From Octopus sinensis (taxonomy: Eukaryota): a stretch of DNA of 44,571 nt. The DNA lies in assembly GCF_006345805.1 (NCBI RefSeq), contig NW_021834866.1, forward strand, positions 1 to 44,571, read 5' to 3'. Each line of letters begins with the position of its first letter. The stretch's first letter is position 1. The notes under the pieces were generated by a model. That model saw only the letters and a program-made list of their open reading frames with translations, was not told the origin of the DNA and searched no databases. The position numbers and the translations under genes are program-made. Positions 11,165 to 23,370 of this stretch are shown in pieces.

Positions 11165-11311
11165 CTCGTGATTCTTCGTTTATCAAGATGGCTTGGTGAG
11201 CCTGGTCGCCGTCGAATGGAAGGGCTGCGAGATTCTCTCCTCCTGGAGCCTCGGCTCTGACTTCGGCTGTAATCACGACCATGGCTGTGTGATCGGCTCG
11301 GACTTAAGCGC
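11165..11311 (-). CDS. Srrm234: 147-nt RS-rich exon encoding the N-terminal half of the eMIC domain (RLSPSRSHSHGRDYSRSQSRGSRRRESRSPSIRRRPGSPSHLDKRRIT)
   Basis: Acceptor is a T-tract then atatatcaacag|G; donor is AG|gtatgg; phase 2 at both ends and in frame with the 25452-25868 exon. SPSHLxxRRIT matches the SRRM3/SRRM4 eMIC motif (human SRRM4 RRRDSPSHLEARRITSARKRPIPY, from recall). Confidence 0.9.
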
Positions 11312-11360
11312 CTGTTGATATATAAAAAAAAAAAACGTACAGTATATAAATTAAAAAAAA

Positions 11361-11770
11361 GGCGCAGGAGTGGCTGTGTGGTAAGTAGCTTGCTAACCAA
11401 GCCACATGGTTCCGGGTTCAGTCCCACTGCGTGGCATCTTGGGTAAGTGTCTTCTGCTATAGCCCCGGGCCGACCAATGCCTTGTGAGTGGATTTGGTAG
11501 ACGGAAACTGAAAGAAGCCTGTCGTATATATGTATATATATATGTATGTGTGAGTGTGTTTGTGTGTCTGTGTTTGTCCCCCTAGCAATGCTTGACAACC
11601 GATGCTGGTGTGTTTATGTCCCCGTCACTTAGTGGTTCGGCAAAAGAGAACGATAGAATAAGTACTGGGCTTACAAAGAATAAGTCCCGGGGTCGATTTG
11701 CTCGACTAAAGGCGGTGCTCCAGCATGGCCGCAGTCAAATGATTGAAACAAGTAAAAGAGTAAAAGAGTA
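11361..11770 (+). mobile_element. Full-length tRNA-derived SINE family A
   Basis: Head ggcgcaggagtggctgtgtggt with B-box-like gggttcagtcc, internal TA/TG microsatellite, tail gtaaaagagtaaaagag. Multiple copies in the window. Confidence 0.9.
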
Positions 11771-11856
11771 CAGAGTTATGGGAACTGTTGTTCTAAGCAG
11801 AGTAAATATTAACAGCTTTGTGTGTGTGTGTGTGAAGATTTTCTAAGGATAATACG

Positions 11857-12429
11857 GGGAACTGGCAGAAATGTTAGCATACCGGGCAAAATGATTAGCG
11901 GTATTTCGTCCGCCACTGCATTCTGAGTTCAAATTCCGCCGAGGTCGACTTTGCCTTTCATCCTTTCAAGGTCGATTAAATAAGTACCAGTTATGCACTG
12001 GGGTCGATATAATCGACTTAATCTGTTTGTCTGTCCTTGTTTGTCCCCTCTGTGTGTAGCCCCTTGTGGGCAGTAAAGAAATAGGTATTTCGTCTGCCGC
12101 TACGTTGTAGGTTCAAATTCTGCCGAGGTTGACTTTGCCTTTCATCCTTTCGGGGTCAATTAAATAAGTACCAGTTATGCACTGGGGTCGATATAATCGA
12201 CTTAATCCGTTTGTCTGTCCTTGTTTGTCCCCTCTGTGTGTAGCCCCTTGTGGGTAGTAAAGAAATAGGTATTTCGTCTGTCATTATGTTCTATGTTCAA
12301 ATTCCACCGAGGTCAAGTTTACCTTTCATCCTTTTGGGGTCAATAAAGTACTGATTGCATACTGGGGTCGATCTAATCGACTGGCCCCCTTCCCCAAAAT
12401 TTCGGGCCTTGTGCCTAGAGTAGAAAAGA
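11857..12429 (+). mobile_element. SINE family B, head plus three tandem 184-bp units
   Basis: ggtatttcgtc recurs at 11900, 12084 and 12268. The third unit ends in a different tail (ccccttccccaaaatttcgggccttgtgcctagag). Confidence 0.9.
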
Positions 12430-12713
12430 CTATTTGGTATTCTAACAAAACATCCATGTTAAGTTGGATATAATGATTACCTTTTGGTACTAATACTTTC
12501 TCCATCACAAATAATTAATTTTTAATAAACCTGCCAGCCATCTGCAATATCAGTGTCTTAAAAGATGCTGATATTTTATATATCTTAGCAGCAAGGTTTG
12601 ACTGGCATGTAGTGACCGGATGCTCTCCACTGATGATATCTAGTAGAATGAAATCACATGATATGGGAGTTCCAGCACCTATGGCAGATGGTTCTCATCT
12701 ATGATATGTGTAT

Positions 12714-15342
12714 AGAAACCAGATGCCTATGTAGAAACCAAGTGCCTATTTAGAAACCAGATGCCTATTTAGAAACCAGATGCCTATGTAGGAACCAAGT
12801 GCCTATTTAGAAACCAGATGCCTATTTAGAAACCAGATGCCTATGTAGAAACCAAGTGCCTATTTAGAAACCAGATGCCTATTTAGAAACCAGATGCCTA
12901 TTTAGAAACCAGATGCCTATGTAGAAACCAAGTGCCTATTTAGAAACCAGATGCCTATTTAGAAACCAAGTGCCTATTTAGAAACCAGATGCCTATGTAG
13001 AAACCAGTGCCTATTTAGAAACCAGATGCCTATTTAGAAACCAGATGCCTATGTAGAAACCAAGTGCCTATTTAGAAACCAGATGCCTATTTAGAAACCA
13101 GATGCCTATGTAGAAACCAAGTGCCTATTTAGAAACCAGATGCCTATTTAGAAACCAGATGCCTATGTAGAAACCAAGTGCCTATTTAGAAACCAGATGC
13201 CTATTTAGAAACCAGATGCCTATTTAGAAACCAAGAGCCTATTTAGAAACCAGATGCCTATTTAAAAACCAGATGCCTATTTAGAAACCAAGAGCCTATT
13301 TAGAAACCAGATGCCTATTTAGAAACCAGATGCCTATGTAGAAACCAAGTGCCTATTTAGAAACCAGATGCCTATTTAGAAACCAGATGCCTATGTAGAA
13401 ACCAAGTGCCTATTTAGAAACCAGATGCCTATTTAGAAACCAGATGCCTATGTAGAAACCAAGTGCCTATTTAGAAACCAGATGCCTATTTAGAAACCAG
13501 ATGCCTATGTAGAAACCAAGTGCCTATTTAGAAACCAGATGCCTATGTAGAAACCAAGTGCCTATTTAGAAACCAGATGCCTATTTAGAAACCAGATGCC
13601 TATTTAGAAACCAAGAGCCTATTCAGACACCAAATGCTTATTTAGAAACCAAATGCCTATTTAGAAACCAGATGCCTATTTAGAAACCAAGAGCCTATTC
13701 AGACACCAAATGCTTATTTAGAAACCAGATGCCTATGTAGAAACCAAGTGCCTATTTAGAAACCAGATGCCTATTTAGAAACCAGATGCCTATGTAGAAA
13801 CCAAGTGCCTATTTAGAAACCAGATGCCTATTTAGAAACCAGATGCCTATTTAGAAACCAAGAGCCTATTCAGACACCAAATGCTTATTTAGAAACCAAA
13901 TGCCTATGTAGAAACCAAGTGCCTATTTAGAAACCAGATGCCTATTTAGAAACCAGATGCCTATTTAGAAACCAAGAGCCTATTCAGACACCAAATGCTT
14001 ATTTAGAAACCAGATGCCTATGTAGAAACCAAGTGCCTATTAGAAACCAGATGCCTATTTAGAACCAGATGCCTATGTAGAAACAAGTGCCTATTTAGAA
14101 CCAGATGCCTATTTAGAAACCAGATGCCTATGTAAAACCAAGTGCCTATTTAGAAACCAGATGCCTATTTAGAAACCAGATGCCTATGTAGAAACCAAGT
14201 GCCTTTTAGAAACCAATGCCTATTTAGAAACCAGATGCCTATTTAGAAACCAAGAGCCTATTCAGACACCAAATGCTTATTTAGAAACCAGATGCCTATG
14301 TAGAACCAAGTGCCTATTTAGAAACCAGATGCCTATTTAGAAACCAGATGCCTATGTAGAACCAAGTGCCTATTTAGAAACCAGATGCCTATTTAGAAAC
14401 CAGATGCCTATGTAGAAACCAAGTGCCTATTTAGAAACCAGATGCCTATTTAGAAACCAGATGCCTATTTAGAAACCAGATGCCTATTTAGAAACCAGAT
14501 GCCTATTTAGAAACCAAGAGCCTATTCAGACACCAAATGCTTATTTAGAAACCAAATGCCTATGTAGAAACCAAGTGCCTATTTAGAAACCAGATACCTA
14601 TTTAGAAACCAGATGCCTATGTAGAAACCAAGTGCCTATTTAGAAACCAGATGCCTATTTAGAAACCAGATGCCTATGTAGAAACCAAGTGCCTATTTAG
14701 AAACCAGATGCCTATTTAGAAACCAGATGCCTATGTAGAAACCAAGTGCCTATTTAGAAACCAGATGCCTATTTAGAAACCAGATGCCTATTTAGAAACC
14801 AAGAGCCTATTCAGACACCAAATGCTTATTTAGAAACCAAATGCCTATGTAGAAACCAAGTGCCTATTTAGAAACCAGATGCCTATTTAGAAACCAGATG
14901 CCTATGTAGAAACCAAGTGCCTATTTAGAAACCAGATGCCTATTTAGAAACCAGATGCCTATGTAGAAACCAAGTGCCTATTTAGAAACCAGATGCCTAT
15001 TTAGAAACCAGATGCCTATGTAGAAACCAAGTGCCTATTTAGAAACCAGATGCCTATTTAGAACCAGATGCCTATGTAAAACCAAGTGCCTATTTAGAAA
15101 CCAGATGCCTATTTAGAAACCAGATGCCTATGTAGAAACCAAGTGCCTATTTAGAAACCAGATGCCTATTTAGAAACCAGATGCCTATGTAGAAACCAAG
15201 TGCCTATTTAGAAACCAGATGCCTATTTAGAAACCAGATGCCTATGTAGAAACCAAGTGCCTATTTAGAAACCAAATGCCTATGTAGAAACCAAGAGCCT
15301 ATTCAGACACCAAATGCTTATTTAGAAACCAAATGCCTATGT
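12714..15342. repeat. 19-bp satellite array, about 138 units, with a 57-bp higher-order trimer
   Basis: Units agaaaccagatgcctattt, agaaaccagatgcctatgt and agaaaccaagtgcctattt alternate regularly. A variant doublet (...aagagcctattc agacaccaaatgcttattt) recurs 8 times. Confidence 0.98.
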
Positions 15343-16032
15343 GTGGGGATCTTTCAGGGCTCAAAATGCAGTATTTGACTTGCTAAGAAGTGAGTTGGAT
15401 ATAAAGATTATCTCTTGGTATTGATATTGCTTCCATCACAAATAATATATAGACACACACACACACACACATACACACACACATATACATTTTCTTTTTA
15501 CTATTTACTTTTTATTTGTTTCTGTCATCATCTTATACGTCCTTACATCATAAGAATACGAATTTAGAAACTTCAAGAGAACAGGAAATAATTTGTTCGA
15601 TAAATGCAGAACTCAAAGTAGATAAAGCTATAAATAATATTTACATACTATCATTTATAGCCTTATCTCCTTCAAGTTCTAGTTATATAATGAAATATAC
15701 ATACATATATATATATATATATAGATAGATTATATAGATAGATAGATATTTATATATCAAACAGACAGGAGCAGACATAATTAATAGTTAAATCTGATGA
15801 TAATGAGCCAATTAGTTTGAGGTGACTTTTAATGGTTTTGAAACTATTATTAACATAAACTGATTCTGTGCTATTTTAGTATTCATAATCATCATCATCG
15901 TTTCCATGTCAGCTGCTTCGGGCTTACAAGGGTCAGGCAAGAATATGTTGGTGCGGAGTTGTCTATGGCTGTATGCTCTTCCAGTTGCCTACTGTGATGT
16001 ATTTCTATGCGAGATAATATTCTACTGGTGTA

Positions 16033-16068
<36 letters not shown>

Positions 16069-16199
16069 TATATTATATATAAAGCTGAAGTTGTTTGTGT
16101 ATTGCAGGTTTGGTAGCCTACAACTAACACTATCTCCTCCGAGACCCTGCGGTGCAAGTTGACCAAAATTGAGAGTATGATAGAAGAAGGCTTGCTCTT

Positions 16200-16460
16200 C
16201 CTTCCGTAGAAGAAAAAACTCAAATCAAACCATATTAACATCAAAAATTATTTACATCAAAAAGGTGATTTTTTTCTATGAAAATCTCGATTTTTAACGG
16301 TTTTTTGACTGCTGTGTTGCCACTTTTCGGTGTATTTCAACCAGAAAAATGTTCACTTAAAGAGAATAACAAGCTACATAATGCAAAATTTTGACTTTTA
16401 AAAAATTCCAATTCTAAAGGGTTGAAACAAACCCGAGCAATGCCGAGCGATACTGCTAGT
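16200..16460 (+). mobile_element. Possible non-autonomous Helitron 3' end
   Basis: Ends in GC-rich cccgagcaatgccgagcg followed by CTAG (16456-16459) and T, the Helitron 3' signature. The hairpin is imperfect and the 5' end was not identified. Confidence 0.4.
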
Positions 16461-16712
16461 ATATATATATAATTCCTAGAGAGTTAGAGGTTGTGAATCC
16501 AACCAACTAAGGGATAATATCTATCCAATGTATATTGGATAGATATATTGCTGGTAGAATACCCAATTAGTAATACACAAGTGTTTTTTCACTGCATGGT
16601 AATTACACTACTGAATGTAATAAATGGGTGAAGGTAAAGAGTTATTTTAACCCTAATTTATACGGCAATAAGAAAATGGAGGGGATCAATAGGTGGTATT
16701 CATCAACATATA

Positions 16713-16880
16713 TACGATGGGCTTCTTTCAGTTTCCGTCTACCAAATTCACTCACAAGGCTTTGGTCGGCCCGGGGCTATAGTAGAAGACACTTGCCCAA
16801 GGTGTGCTATGCAGTGGGAATGAACCCAGAACCATGTGGTTGGTAAGCAAGCTACTTACCACACAGCCACTTCTGTGCCT
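16713..16880 (-). mobile_element. SINE family A, 5' half
   Basis: Reverse complement of the head of the 11361 copy. Confidence 0.85.
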
Positions 16881-16999
16881 AAATAAGAAATGCAATTTTG
16901 AATTACGTGGGATTTGAACACAGAATGTTAACAGAAGAATTACCATAAAGCATTTTTGTCCAACTTTAACGATTCTGCCAATGTGCAAGGGGATACATG

Positions 17000-17222
17000 T
17001 ATATATACATACATAAATATATACATACATACATACATATATATATGTAAGTATGTATATGTGTATGTATATATAAATATATATATGTCTACATATACAT
17101 GCATATACATATAAATATATACACACACACTTCAATTTAGATAGATATATTATTCAAATATACATTTATGTTTATACATTTAAGTATACTCACACACACA
17201 CATATATATACACACATACACA

Positions 17223-17256
<34 letters not shown>

Positions 17257-17331
17257 CATACATATATATATATACATGCATATATATATATAAATACATA
17301 TATATATAAATACATATATATATATATACAT

Positions 17332-17372
<41 letters not shown>

Positions 17373-17447
17373 CATACATATATATATATATATACATACA
17401 TATATTTATACATACATATATATATATATACATACATATATATATAC

Positions 17448-17484
<37 letters not shown>

Positions 17485-17550
17485 TATACACACATACACA
17501 CACACATATATATATATACATGTATGTATGCGTATATATATATATATTCA
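17000..17550. repeat. Long (TA)n/(CATA)n microsatellite field; similar fields at 17870-18640, 31140-31520 and 36060-36950
   Basis: Direct reading. Confidence 0.95.
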
Positions 17551-17880
17551 ACAGACCAGAAGCAGTTTGCAAAGTTAATGAGCACCATGAAGAAAGCCTC
17601 ATCATAATGGCTGCCAGCCCTCCCCCCCCCCCGACAGACTCGATCTCCCAACTGTTTTATAGTCCAAGCTCGATGCTATGGTTTTATTTCAAGTTATATT
17701 TCAACTTTTACAATACACTTTTGGGTTTTAGTTTTCAAAAACTAAAACTTCTTTTCACTTTTTTATGACAAAATTGCAAATTTGTGCAATAACATTTTCA
17801 AATAACGACATATATTTGTCTCTCTTTCGAAATTTCTGTGTCTTTTTCTGATTCTCAATCTTGTCGCTATTATATATATA

Positions 17881-17911
<31 letters not shown>

Positions 17912-18126
17912 GATATACACAAACATATATACACACCTACACTTATACATATGTGTAGTTGTGTGTATATTTGAACGCGTATTTTATATATATATTGCAC
18001 TTAGATAATTATGCACATATATCGTATATATATATATATATATACATATATGATATTATATGTGTGTATGTGTTTGTAAGTATATGTATGCATGTATATA
18101 TAAGTGTATATATATATGTATGTCAA

Positions 18127-18163
<37 letters not shown>

Positions 18164-18207
18164 AATTTGAGCTTGTATGTAAATGTCTGTGTGGGTATAT
18201 ATGTACA

Positions 18208-18245
<38 letters not shown>

Positions 18246-18315
18246 CACACGCACGCAAATATGTATTCATAGTAAATGCATACACACATATATCTATACA
18301 TAAAATGTATATTTA

Positions 18316-18357
<42 letters not shown>

Positions 18358-18580
18358 ATTTACATACCTATAGAAATATACACATACATACCTTTGCGCA
18401 TGAATGTATATATGCATGTGACGCAGCTCTCTATGCATTCACACATGTATACATTCTAAAATATGAAACAGAAAGCATTTCGTTGGGTTCTTTGACATAC
18501 ATAGCAGGTAACCTGTTCATTCAGAATTGATCAACATCATATACACACACACACTTGATGCTGCTGGATCTCTCTTCATC

Positions 18581-18632
<52 letters not shown>

Positions 18633-18635
<3 letters not shown>

Positions 18636-19052
18636 TTTCTCTTTTATTTGTTTCAGTCAGTTGACTGCGGCTATGCTGGAGCACCGCCTTTAGTCGAGCA
18701 AATCGACCCCGGGACTTATTCTTTCTAAGCCCAGTACTTATTCTATCAGTCTCTTTTGCCGAACCGCTAAGTGACGGGGATGTAAACACTCCAACATCGG
18801 TTGTCAAGCAATGCTAGGGGGACAAACACAGACACACAAACATATACACACACACTTATATATATATATATATATATATATACGACAGGCTTCTTTCAGT
18901 TTCCGTCTACCAAATCCACTCACAAGGCATTGGTCGGCCCGGGGCTATAGCAGAAGACACTTGTCCAAGATGCCACGCAGTGGGACTGAACCCGGAACCA
19001 TGTGGTTGGTAAGCAAGCTACTTACCACACAGCCACTCCAGCCACTCCTGCG
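18633..19052 (-). mobile_element. Full-length SINE family A
   Basis: High similarity to the reverse complement of 11361-11770 along its whole length. Confidence 0.9.
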
Positions 19053-19123
19053 ATTAATTAGCTTTTTTTTAATTGCATTGATTGTGAATGTACAATTGTA
19101 CTTTGTTATACTGAGTATACATA

Positions 19124-19330
19124 TTAACCCTATAGCATTTAAACCAGTGATATCTGGCCAAAATAAACTGCTTGTTTTACTTTCAAGCTGGTCAGATCTG
19201 ATTTCTCACACCTACCCTACAATATCGTTCTAAAAAAATTAACAGTTGCCTCATCAAAATCTCAAAGTGCAAGATTAATTCAAAGCAATGCGAACAAATA
19301 AGCATCACTATTTGACAGAATAATTATTTC
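19124..19330 (-). mobile_element. TTAA-bounded (piggyBac-type) MITE copy
   Basis: Starts ttaaccctatagcattt. The interior is the reverse complement of the two copies at 25905-26337. Confidence 0.6.
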
Positions 19331-19334
19331 TACT

Positions 19335-19730
19335 CTAGGCACAAGACCTTGAAAATTTGGCGGGAAGGGGGAATTCGATCACATCGGCCTCAGTGCATAA
19401 CTGGTACTTATTTTATCGACCCCCAAAAGGATGAAAGGCAAAGACGATCACAGCAGAATGTAGTGGCAGACAAAATGCTGCTAAGCATTTCACCCGGCAT
19501 GCTAACATTTCTTATTTGTTCATTGTCCACAAGGGGCCAAACACAGAGGGGACAAACAAGGACAGACAAACGGATTAAGTCGATTACATCGACCCCAGTG
19601 CGTAACTGGTACTTAATTTATCGACCCCGAAAGGATGAAAGGCAAAGTTGACCTCAATGGAATTTGAACTCACAACGTAACGGCAGACGAAATACCTATT
19701 TCTTTACTACCCACAAGGGGCTAAACTTTG
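19335..19730 (-). mobile_element. SINE family B, several tandem or partial units
   Basis: Repeated ggtactta..ttatcgacccc.aaaggatgaaaggcaaag blocks. Confidence 0.85.
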
Positions 19731-20863
19731 TCCATGTTTGGAATGAGAAGGAGAAGTATTTTAACTGCTTGGATACAGGTGAGTGTTGGCAACAGGAAGA
19801 GCACACTGCTGTAGGACATCTGCTGCAACGGCTTTGCTTTGATTAAGCAAGGATGGAAATGTCAATGTTATAAATGACGATGTTACATTTGTAGAAATGT
19901 TCATTAACTCAAGCTTAAGCCACCAATGTGATTGATCAAGAGATGCATCTTAATTAAAAGTTTAATAAAAAAATTGAAAAATGATTAGGGAATAATTGCT
20001 GGTGTACAGCACTGTCTTGAGTATATTGAAAACTTCTGTATGATCTAAGGAGAAGCTGTGTTCATTTCTATCTTGTTCCTTTTAATTCACCCAGTTTGAT
20101 TCCACAATTAAAGTTTGAGAGCTAAAATTTGTTTTTGTGAAGACATAGAGACATTATCTCTGCTCTTTCATTAATGTTTCAGTTTTGGGGATTGTAATCT
20201 GATGATTTTCCAAAAAAGGAATATTTGCCTACTTCCATATGCAAAGTGTTGCATGCTTATTAATTTACCAGTGTATATCTAAATGGTCCATACACCATTC
20301 TCTCAAGTTCCAATACGTACCTTGACGATGTCTCTTCCTAAATGTGAAACGATGTTGGAGGATACGTCTTTAGAATTTTCTCTCTTCCTTCATAATTACA
20401 TAACATCGTTTTCCTTTCTAGGTACTCGTCAGGATATTGCCTTCACTTCATAAATAATTACTTTGCTTAAACATTTAACCAATTAACGAACAGAACTGAC
20501 TGATTGACAAACCTAGCTGACTGGTTAATCAATGGAATGATTAATCAAACAATTAGTTAATTGGTTAAATGGTTAGTTGATTAATAATAATAAAATAATA
20601 ATAAAAACGTGTGTGGTTATTATTGGCATAACTCCTCTCCCAAGATTTGACAAAATATCATTATTTGCTTCATCATCAAAGTCTTGACAGTGATTCTTCC
20701 ATAATTGTATGGCTAATTCCTTTATTTATTTCAGTCAATTTACTATGGCCATGCTAGAGCACCACCTTAAATTTGTTAAAGCAGAACTTCTAAGGCTGGA
20801 TGCAATTTCTGTCAGTAACCCTCACCTATTTCTAAGCAAGAATAATATTTCATTATGGCCATA

Positions 20864-21265
20864 GACACAGGAGTGGCTGTGTGGTAAGTAGCTTGCTTAC
20901 CAACCACATGGTTCCGGGTTCAGTCCCACTGCATGGCACTTTGGACAAGTGTCTTCTACTATAGCCTCGGGCCGACCAAAGCCTTGTGAGTGGATTTGGT
21001 AGACGGAAACCGGAAGAAGCCCGTCGTATATATGTATATATGTGTGTGTGTATGTATATGTTTGTGTGTCTGTGTTTGTTCCCCCAACGTCACTTGACAA
21101 ACGATGATGGTCTGTTTATGTCCCCGTAACTTAGCGGTTCGGCAAAAGAGACCGATAGAATAAGTACTAGGCTTACAAAGAATAACTCCTGGGGTCAATT
21201 TGCTCAACTAAAGGTGGTGCTCCAGCAGGGCCACAGTCAAATGACTGAAACAAGTAAAAGAGTAG
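20864..21265 (+). mobile_element. Full-length SINE family A
   Basis: Matches 11361-11770 from head to gtaaaagag tail. Confidence 0.9.
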
Positions 21266-21339
21266 ATGTTATTATCCCGCACAGATGGATTGCTTCATTG
21301 ATGGCATATCTAAAAATCCATAACTACCCCTAGCAAGTT

Positions 21340-21750
21340 ACTTAGTGACCCCACAGGTGCTTGTGCCACGTAAAATGCATCCATCACACACTGTAAAGTG
21401 GTTGATATTTAGAAGGGCATTCAGTTGTAAAAACCACGTTAATGTAAACCTTGCCAGTATCAGTGCTATGTAAAAGCATTCAGGCCATTCTGTAAAGTGG
21501 TTGGCATTAGGAAGGGCACCCAACCTTAAAAACCATTCCCAAACTGAATTTGCCGGTGCCATATGAAATATACTCAGTCCAATCTGTAGGGTTGTTGGCA
21601 CAAGGAAGGGCATCCAGCAGTAGAAACCATGCCAAAGTGGACAGTGAAGCCTGCTGAAGTCTTCTGGCTAGCCAGTGCCTGTCAAACTATTCAACCCATG
21701 CCAGCATGGAAAACAGATAGATGATGATGACGATGATGATGTTGATGAGC
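21340..21750 (+). mobile_element. Degenerate SINE family D with repeated internal segments and (GAT)n tail
   Basis: Three agaagggca/ggaagggca blocks and aacccatgccagcatggaaaa before gatgatgatg. Confidence 0.65.
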
Positions 21751-22632
21751 CCCAGAGTTTATATAAACATTAACAAGGAAAATGTGAACATTTCATTGAA
21801 ACATTCTACAATTGTTTCATCAACACTTTGCCAATTTATTGCTAGAATATTATTATATAATATACGAAATGATACATCGAATCAGTATTATTCTGGCAAT
21901 ACTAGAAAGTAACAACTCTTCAGGTCTGTACATAAATCGAAAGGCCTAAATGCATTCGGAAACATATTTGAAACTCGTTGAAGTCGTTCATATCATTGCA
22001 TTAGGTAATCAATAGTTAAAACAAAAAACAAATACACAATAGGCCACAAATCCAAAACAACCGGTCAAGAAACAGGTGGAATCAAAGAGAATAAAGGGAA
22101 AATGAATAAATAAAATAAGGAAATAAATAGATACAGTATATAAGATAAGGAATCTTTGTGTCTCCAGACTCATACATCTGTTAATAGATAGTGTCTTCCG
22201 CCAAAGTCTTTTGGTTGACTGAAGGCATAACTTAGCATCTATTTAGTAATTTGATGTTGCTGTCTCTCACCCAGAATTAATTGTTAAGACTTTTCACACC
22301 ACCAACTGATTTAGTAGCAGGCTGCTGGTAAAAATATTTATGATGTTTACTCACTGTCACAAACATAGAGACAGATACATTTTTTTAGGCAAATAAAAAC
22401 TAAGTTATTTCTTTGTGAAAATGTTTTTTTTTTTGAGGTAATAAAACTAATTAATATGATGTAGGATATTCAAGGAATATATATACTGATACAGTATATA
22501 TAGGTATTCACACATATATCAATACACCCACATATCTATATCCATACAGAAGTGCAAGGGTAAAGACATATATATTGTATATGGATTGATGCAACCATAA
22601 CAGTATTCCTTTACACAGACTTTCTATAAATC

Positions 22633-23370
22633 TATCATCATCATTTGACGTCCACTTTCCTTGCTGGCATGGGTTGGACAGTTTTACCACAAACTAGAAA
22701 GCCAGGGAGCTGGACCAGGCTCCAATTTGATGAAGGCAGCGAACTGGCAGAAACGTTAGCACGCCGGGCGAAATGCTTAATGGTATTTCGTCTGCTGCTA
22801 CGTTCTGAGTTCAAATTCCACCGGGATCAACTTTGCCTTTCATCCTTTCGGGGTCGATTAGATAAGTACCAGTTATGCACTGGGGTCGATATAATCGACT
22901 TAATCCGTTTGTCTGTCCTTGCTTGTCCCCTTTGTGTGTAGCCCTTGTGGGCAGTAAAAAAATAGGTATTTCGTCTGCCATTCTGAGTTCAAATTCCACC
23001 GAGGTCAACTTTGCCTTTCATCCTTTCGGGGTCGATAAATAAGTACCAGTTATGCACTGGGGTCGATATAATCGACTTAATCCGTTTGTCTGTCTTTGTT
23101 TTTCCCCTGTGAATAGCCCCTTGTGGGCAGTAAAGAAATAGGTTCCAATCTGATTCGGCAAGGTTTTCACGGTTAGATACCATTCCTAATGCCAACCACT
23201 CCAAGAGAGTAGAGGGTGCTTTTTACATGCCACTGGCACAGGTGCCATTGACATGACTCTGGTATTGGCCATGGCTACAATTCCATTTGACTTGACAGGT
23301 CTACACAAGCACGGTGTATCAACAAAGGTCTCGGTCACCTGTCACTGTCTTCATGAACCTCCCAGAATAT
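22633..23370. mobile_element. SINE family D (minus) interrupted by a two-unit SINE family B (plus, about 22732-23142)
   Basis: Family D sequence stops at ccaggctccaatttgat and resumes at ccaatctgattcggcaagg after the family B block. Confidence 0.75.

Noticed and set aside
11152-11598. 148-aa track ORF as a complete gene
   Set aside because: Its N-terminal 95 residues are antisense SINE family A and intron. Only 11165-11311 is exon-like.
12714-15342. CRISPR-like appearance of the 19-bp array
   Set aside because: Units abut with no unique spacers, there are no cas genes, and the context is eukaryotic.
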